A stretch of DNA of 15,842 bases from Tubiluchus corallicola. Taxonomy: Eukaryota; Animalia; Priapulida. Shown here one piece after another: positions 9,945-15,842 of this stretch. Where the stretch lies: contig JAQGDQ010000930.1 of NCBI GenBank assembly GCA_030141605.1, positions 1-15,842 on the forward strand. Reading direction: 5' to 3'. Under the pieces are notes generated by a model. It saw only the letters and a program-made list of their open reading frames with translations, searched no databases and was not told the DNA's origin. A program made the translations under genes and the position numbers. Numbering within the stretch: position 1 is the first letter of the stretch; each line of letters starts with the position of its first letter.

Positions 9945-12092
9945 TCCTCCATTGTAATCTGCTGATTAACTTAGCAACAAGTCAAGTTACAGGATGAACA
10001 AGAAATCCTAGATCCTCCCTTGCAACCTACTGGTTTACCTAGCAACAAGTCAAGTTACAGGATGAACAACAAATCCTAGATCCTCCCTTGCAACCTACTG
10101 ATTTACCTAGCAACAAGTCAAGTTACAGGATGAACAACAAATTCTAGATCCTCCCTTCCAACCTACTGGTTTACCTAGCAACAAGTCAAGTTACAGGATG
10201 AACAACAAATCCTAGATCCTCCCTTGCAACCTACTGGTTTACCTAGCAACAAGTCAAGTTACAGGATGAACAACAAATCCTAGTCCTCCCTTGCAACCTA
10301 CTGATCTACCCAGCAACAAGTCAAGTTACAGGATGAACAACAAATCCTAGATCCTCCCTTGCAACCCTCCTGATTAGCTTAGCAACAAGTCAAGTTACAG
10401 GATGAACAACAAATCCTAGATCCTCCCTTGCAACCTACTGGTTTACCTAGCAACAAGTCAAGTTACAGGATGAACAACAAATCCTAGTCCTCCCTTGCAA
10501 CCTACTGGTTTATCTAGCAACAAGTCAAGTTACAGGATGAACAACAAATCCTAGATCCTCCCTTGCAACCTACTGGTTTACCTAGCAACAAGTCAAGTTA
10601 CAGGATGAACAACAAATCCTAGTCCTCCCTTGCAACCTACTGATCTACCCAGCAACAAGTCAAGTTACAGGATGAACAACAAATCCTAGATCCTCCCTTG
10701 CAACCCTCCTGATTAGCTTAGCAACAAGTCAAGTTACAGGATGAACAACAAATCCTAGATCCTCCCTTGCAACCTACTGGTTTACCTAGCAACAAGTCAA
10801 GTTACAGGATGAACAACAAATCCTAGTCCTCCCTTGCAACCTACTGATCTACCCAGCAACAAGTCAAGTTACAGGATGAACAACAAATCCTAGATCCTCC
10901 CTTACAACCTACTGGTTTACCTAGCAACAAGTCAAGTTACAGGATGAACAACAAATCCTAGATCCTCCCTTGCGACCTACTGATTTACCTAGCAACAAGT
11001 CAAGTTACAGGATGAACAACAAATCCTAGATCCTCCCTTGCAACCTGCTGGTTTACCTAGCAACAAGTCAAGTTACAGGATGAAAAACAAATCCTAGATC
11101 CTCCCTTGCAACCTACTGGTTTATCTAGCAACAAGTCAGGTTACAGGATGAACAACAAATCCTAGATCCTCCCTTGCAACCTACTGGTTTACCTAGCAAC
11201 AAGTCAAGTTACAGGATGAACAACAAATCCTAGATCCTCCCTTGCAACCTACTGGTTTATCTAGCAACAAGTCAGGTTACAGGATGAACAACAAATCCTA
11301 GATCCTCCCTTGCAACCTACTGGTTTACCTAGCAACAAGTCAGGTTACAGGATGAACAACAAATCCTAGATCCTCCCTTGCAACCTGCTGATTAGCTTAG
11401 CAACAAGTCAAGTTACAGGATGAACAACAAATCCTAGATCCTCCCTTGCAACCTACTGATCTACCCAGCAACAAGTCAAGTTACAGGATGAACAACAAAT
11501 CCTAGATCCTCCCTTGCAACCTACTGATTTACCTAGCAACAAGTAAAGTTACAGGATGAACAACAAATTCTAGATCCTCCCTTGCAACCTACTGGTTTAT
11601 CTAGCAACAAGTCAAGTTACAGGATGAACAACAAATCCTAGATCCTCCCTTGCAACCTACTGGTTTACCTAGCAACAAGTCAAGTTACAGGATGAACAAC
11701 AAATTCTAGATCCTCCCTTGCAACCTACTGGTTTACCTAGCAACAAGTCAAGTTACAGGATGAACAACAAATCCTAGATCCTCCCTTGCAACCTACTGGT
11801 TTACCTAGCAACAAGTCAAGTTACAGGATGAACAACAAATCCTAGATCCTACCTTGCAACTTACTGATTTACCTAGCAACAAGTCAAGTTACAGGATGAA
11901 CAACAAATCCTAGATCCTCCCTTCCAACCTACTGATTTACCTAGCAACAAGTCAAGTTACATGACAAACATCAAATCCTGACCCCTTCCTTATAATTTAA
12001 TGACTAAACTAAAGCACAATGTGACGCCTAGTTTTGGATCCGCCCTTGCAAGTTGCTGATTAAACTATAACAACAAATCACATTACAAGATG
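9945..12092. repeat. Minisatellite/satellite array, 29 full ~68-bp units (9972-11941) plus degenerate flanking units
   Basis: Unit TAGCAACAAGTCAAGTTACAGGATGAACAACAAATCCTAGATCCTCCCTTGCAACCTACTGGTTTACC, with 67- and 69-bp variants. Eroded copies at ~9945-9971 and 11942-12092. Confidence 0.98.
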
Positions 12093-12407
12093 CTCAATTG
12101 GCTTCCATTGAAAAGTGACAATTACTGGCTCCAGTAATCATTAGCAAACTGAAACCCGATCAGCAATGACTTTTACCTGACAATTATGATAAGCAAACAT
12201 TTCCACGAAGTGAACAGATGAATCAGTCTAAGCAGTTTTGTCCAACTGTCTGGTTTCCTATTACGTTCATTCACTGCTGAAGTAGGTCTACAAGCCAAAT
12301 TTCAATTTCTGCCATAATTAATCTGCCGGGTGATAGCAGTCTTTTACTCTTGTTGAGGGGGGAGGGGGGTGGGTGAAAGAAGAGAGAGAAGGGGTGCTAC
12401 CGAAACA

Positions 12408-12604
12408 GTAAATTAAAATGAGATTGAATCTACACAATCGTCCGGTCTTCATTTAAGTATCAATCGTTTAACCTGCTAACAAGCAGTCAGGCATCTTGTT
12501 AGCAGCCAGGCATCTTGTTAGCTGGCTGCTTGTTGGCAGGTTAAACGACTGATACTTAAATGAAGACCGGAGGATTGTTTAGACTCAATCTCATTTTAAT
12601 TTAC
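12408..12604. repeat. Long inverted repeat (83-bp arms, 31-bp spacer)
   Basis: 12408-12490 is the reverse complement of 12522-12604 with 6 mismatches. It includes the left end of MITE copy 2 and its flank. Confidence 0.95.
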
Positions 12605-13102
12605 CATCCAAAATATATATTTTTTGCCTATAAGAGTTAGCATTTGTTCTTTATATTTGAATAATTAGCTTAGAAATTTAATTAACGGCAACCGAACACA
12701 GCTATTACTTACGTCAGAAACTAACCACAGTTTGTGAAACGGCAGGCGTCTTCCCTTGCGCGTCAAGTACATTTGCATAGGGGTTACAGTGTTGCTTAAA
12801 CGCATGCTGTCAGGAAAAATGGGCTCTACATCATATGACGTCAGAAACTAACACAGCAGTTCATGATCTTATCACGGTACCGCCTTCTATTTGTCGGCCA
12901 CGCGAGTTTGACAAAAAGGCGCCGCTGCCAATTTTAGTAGATTCACTGAGCCGCGCGTAGCTTTGAAAGTTTACCGAAATTTGAGTATCAGAGTTAATTA
13001 TTATTTAATCTAAGCTTTGATTTAAAAAAGCTATTGTAGTTTTCAATATTTTAGAGCATTCTTTATTCTGAATTCGTGTTTGCACAATCATTCGGTTTTC
13101 CT
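12560..13102. mobile_element. Kolobok-like MITE, copy 2 (same orientation as copy 1)
   Basis: Aligns end to end with 7445-7990, with scattered substitutions and small indels. TTAA at 12556-12559 and 13103-13106. Left terminus is ATGAAG instead of AGGAAG. Confidence 0.88.
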
Positions 13103-13185
13103 TTAATTACGGCTTGTTAAAGCAATTCAATTAATTATCTTTCTGCGTCGGGATGTCTAATAACTGTTGCTAAATTTTGTTTCAG

Positions 13186-13257
13186 GTGGGGATGGTTAGG
13201 TTTTAACTGTGGAAGTACATTTGGAATATCCGGACATAAATGGAAATTAACTGCCAG
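13186..13257 (+). CDS. amt: Ammonium transporter coding exon 3 (72 nt, not in the ORF track)
   Basis: Acceptor TTTTGTTTCAG| and donor AG|GTAAAT (13258). In frame with exon 2: (W)WGWLGFNCGSTFGISGHKWKLTA(R), containing the Amt WxGWxGFNxGS motif. Confidence 0.95.
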
Positions 13258-13291
13258 GTAAATGTTTTCTGCATGGAAGTTTCTAATCTTC

Positions 13292-13515
13292 AAACTAATT
13301 TCCCGAGAGACGAGCCTATTCAATGTCATGCTGAAAACTGACCTAAAATGTCAAGGTCACTAGTAAATGATATATTTCGTATTTATAAAAGAATAATTTG
13401 AAAACTTATTTCCCGAGAGACGAGCCTATTCAATGTCATGCTGAAAACTGACCTAAAAGGTCAAGGTCACTAATAAATGATATATTTCGTATTTATAAAA
13501 GAATAATTTGAAAAC
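13292..13515. repeat. Tandem duplication, 2 x 110 bp, at the start of intron 3
   Basis: TCCCGAGAGACGAGCCTATTCAATGTCATG... starts at 13301 and 13411, with only a few substitutions. Confidence 0.96.
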
Positions 13516-14027
13516 CTGAACAACTGACGTTACTCCACTGGGCTTTGCTTTACCCACAAATCACGTTACGGTTGTAACTAAGACGCGTTGCTGTGGTGCA
13601 CTTAACCTTTGACTTACAGCAACTGCGCGTGCGCACAACGAAACTGTGAAAGGGCTTATTGCACTTTTATTACTAAATCCTTCTAGCATTTTTTGCTTAC
13701 ATAGAAACAAGCCTAACTCCACATAGAAAGCTTGACTTTTCCTTTAATCGGTTACGCAATAAAAAAGAAAAAAGAAAAAGTTGAAAAAGTGTCGATTAAA
13801 GTAGAGCAAAAGTTCCCTTGCATCATTTTATGTGCTCTAAAGGATTGCTATTTTTCACAGCTTATAAAAAGCAGGAAATTGACGAATTTTCAAATTTTAA
13901 ATGTTGAGAGTGTTCATGACTGGTGACCTTGACCTTTAACCTTGGAACAGTTTATAAGAACAGTGCATTGGCACAATTGATGTTTGGTTACAAGCCAGTG
14001 ACCAGTAACCAGGGCTTGTTAGTAAGT

Positions 14028-14034
14028 AAGCAAT

Positions 14035-14077
<43 letters not shown>

Positions 14078-14183
14078 CAAATAAGCAAGCAAGCAAGCAA
14101 GCAAGCAAACACATAAGCAAGCAAGCAAGCAAACAAGCAAACAAATAAGCAAGCAAGCAAGAAAACACATAAGCAAGCAAACA
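14028..14183. repeat. (GCAA)n microsatellite
   Basis: Interrupted GCAA tetranucleotide run. Confidence 0.96.
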
Positions 14184-14299
14184 AGTACAATTTCATGTCA
14201 GACTAGCTAATTTTAAACTTTTTTTGGACAAGTGTAATATTTTTTTTAGTAATCATTAATTGAGGTTTTTATTAATTTGAGTTTTTTTTATTTTGACAG

Positions 14300-14359
14300 G
14301 TCTGCTGTTAATACAATCAACGCATCCATGGGTGGAGGTGTGGTGGGAATTGTATTTAG
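14300..14359 (+). CDS. amt: Ammonium transporter coding exon 4 (60 nt, not in the ORF track); gene continues beyond the window
   Basis: Acceptor TTTTTATTTTGACAG| and donor AG|GTAAAT (14360). In frame: (R)SAVNTINASMGGGVVGIVF, matching the Amt helix that begins AVNT. Confidence 0.92.
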
Positions 14360-14679
14360 GTAAATATTAAGCATTTTTCTCCTTTATTATTGACAATTCT
14401 TGCGTTTTTTGTTTGCTAACAGAAAGTAAAGGCTCGTTCAAAAGCATCAATTCAATTTTTTATTTCGGTACCTAAGACCATATAAAATATAAAAACAGAA
14501 TTAAAATGAAATAAAACACCATGGAATAAAAATTAAGGAGTAAATGTATGTACCGAACTAGTAAATTCAAAGCTAAATGAATTTTAGAGGCTAATTATGT
14601 AATAATTTGTTTCATTTCACAAAAAAAGCAAATCTATGTGAATTAACAATAGCAGTTATAATACTATTGCCGGCGTACT

Positions 14680-15842
<1,163 letters not shown>

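Noticed and set aside
12356-12394. G-rich run, possible G-quadruplex
   Set aside because: Short low-complexity purine tract with no supporting evidence.

Overview
Eukaryotic, repeat-rich genomic DNA, probably from a marine invertebrate (mollusc-like is an inference from the repeat types). It carries the 5' part of one + strand, intron-containing ammonium transporter gene (Amt/Mep family, animal amt-3-like). Four coding exons (438-606, 4010-4559, 13186-13257, 14300-14359) splice in frame at GT..AG sites to give 283 codons, and the gene continues beyond the window. The introns hold most of the other features: a 5'-truncated minus-strand LINE (2572-3659) with a 9-bp TSD and a 9 x 74-bp minisatellite in its 3' UTR, two more LINE remnants (one with a YADD motif), a tRNA-derived SINE, and two copies of a ~545-bp TTAA-flanked Kolobok-like MITE. 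They also hold an 83-bp-arm fold-back palindrome, 52-bp and 68-bp tandem arrays, and many microsatellites. Most ORFs in the supplied track are artefacts of simple repeats. I see no CRISPR array and no clear new protein-based system; the most interesting signals concern repeat and transposon architecture.
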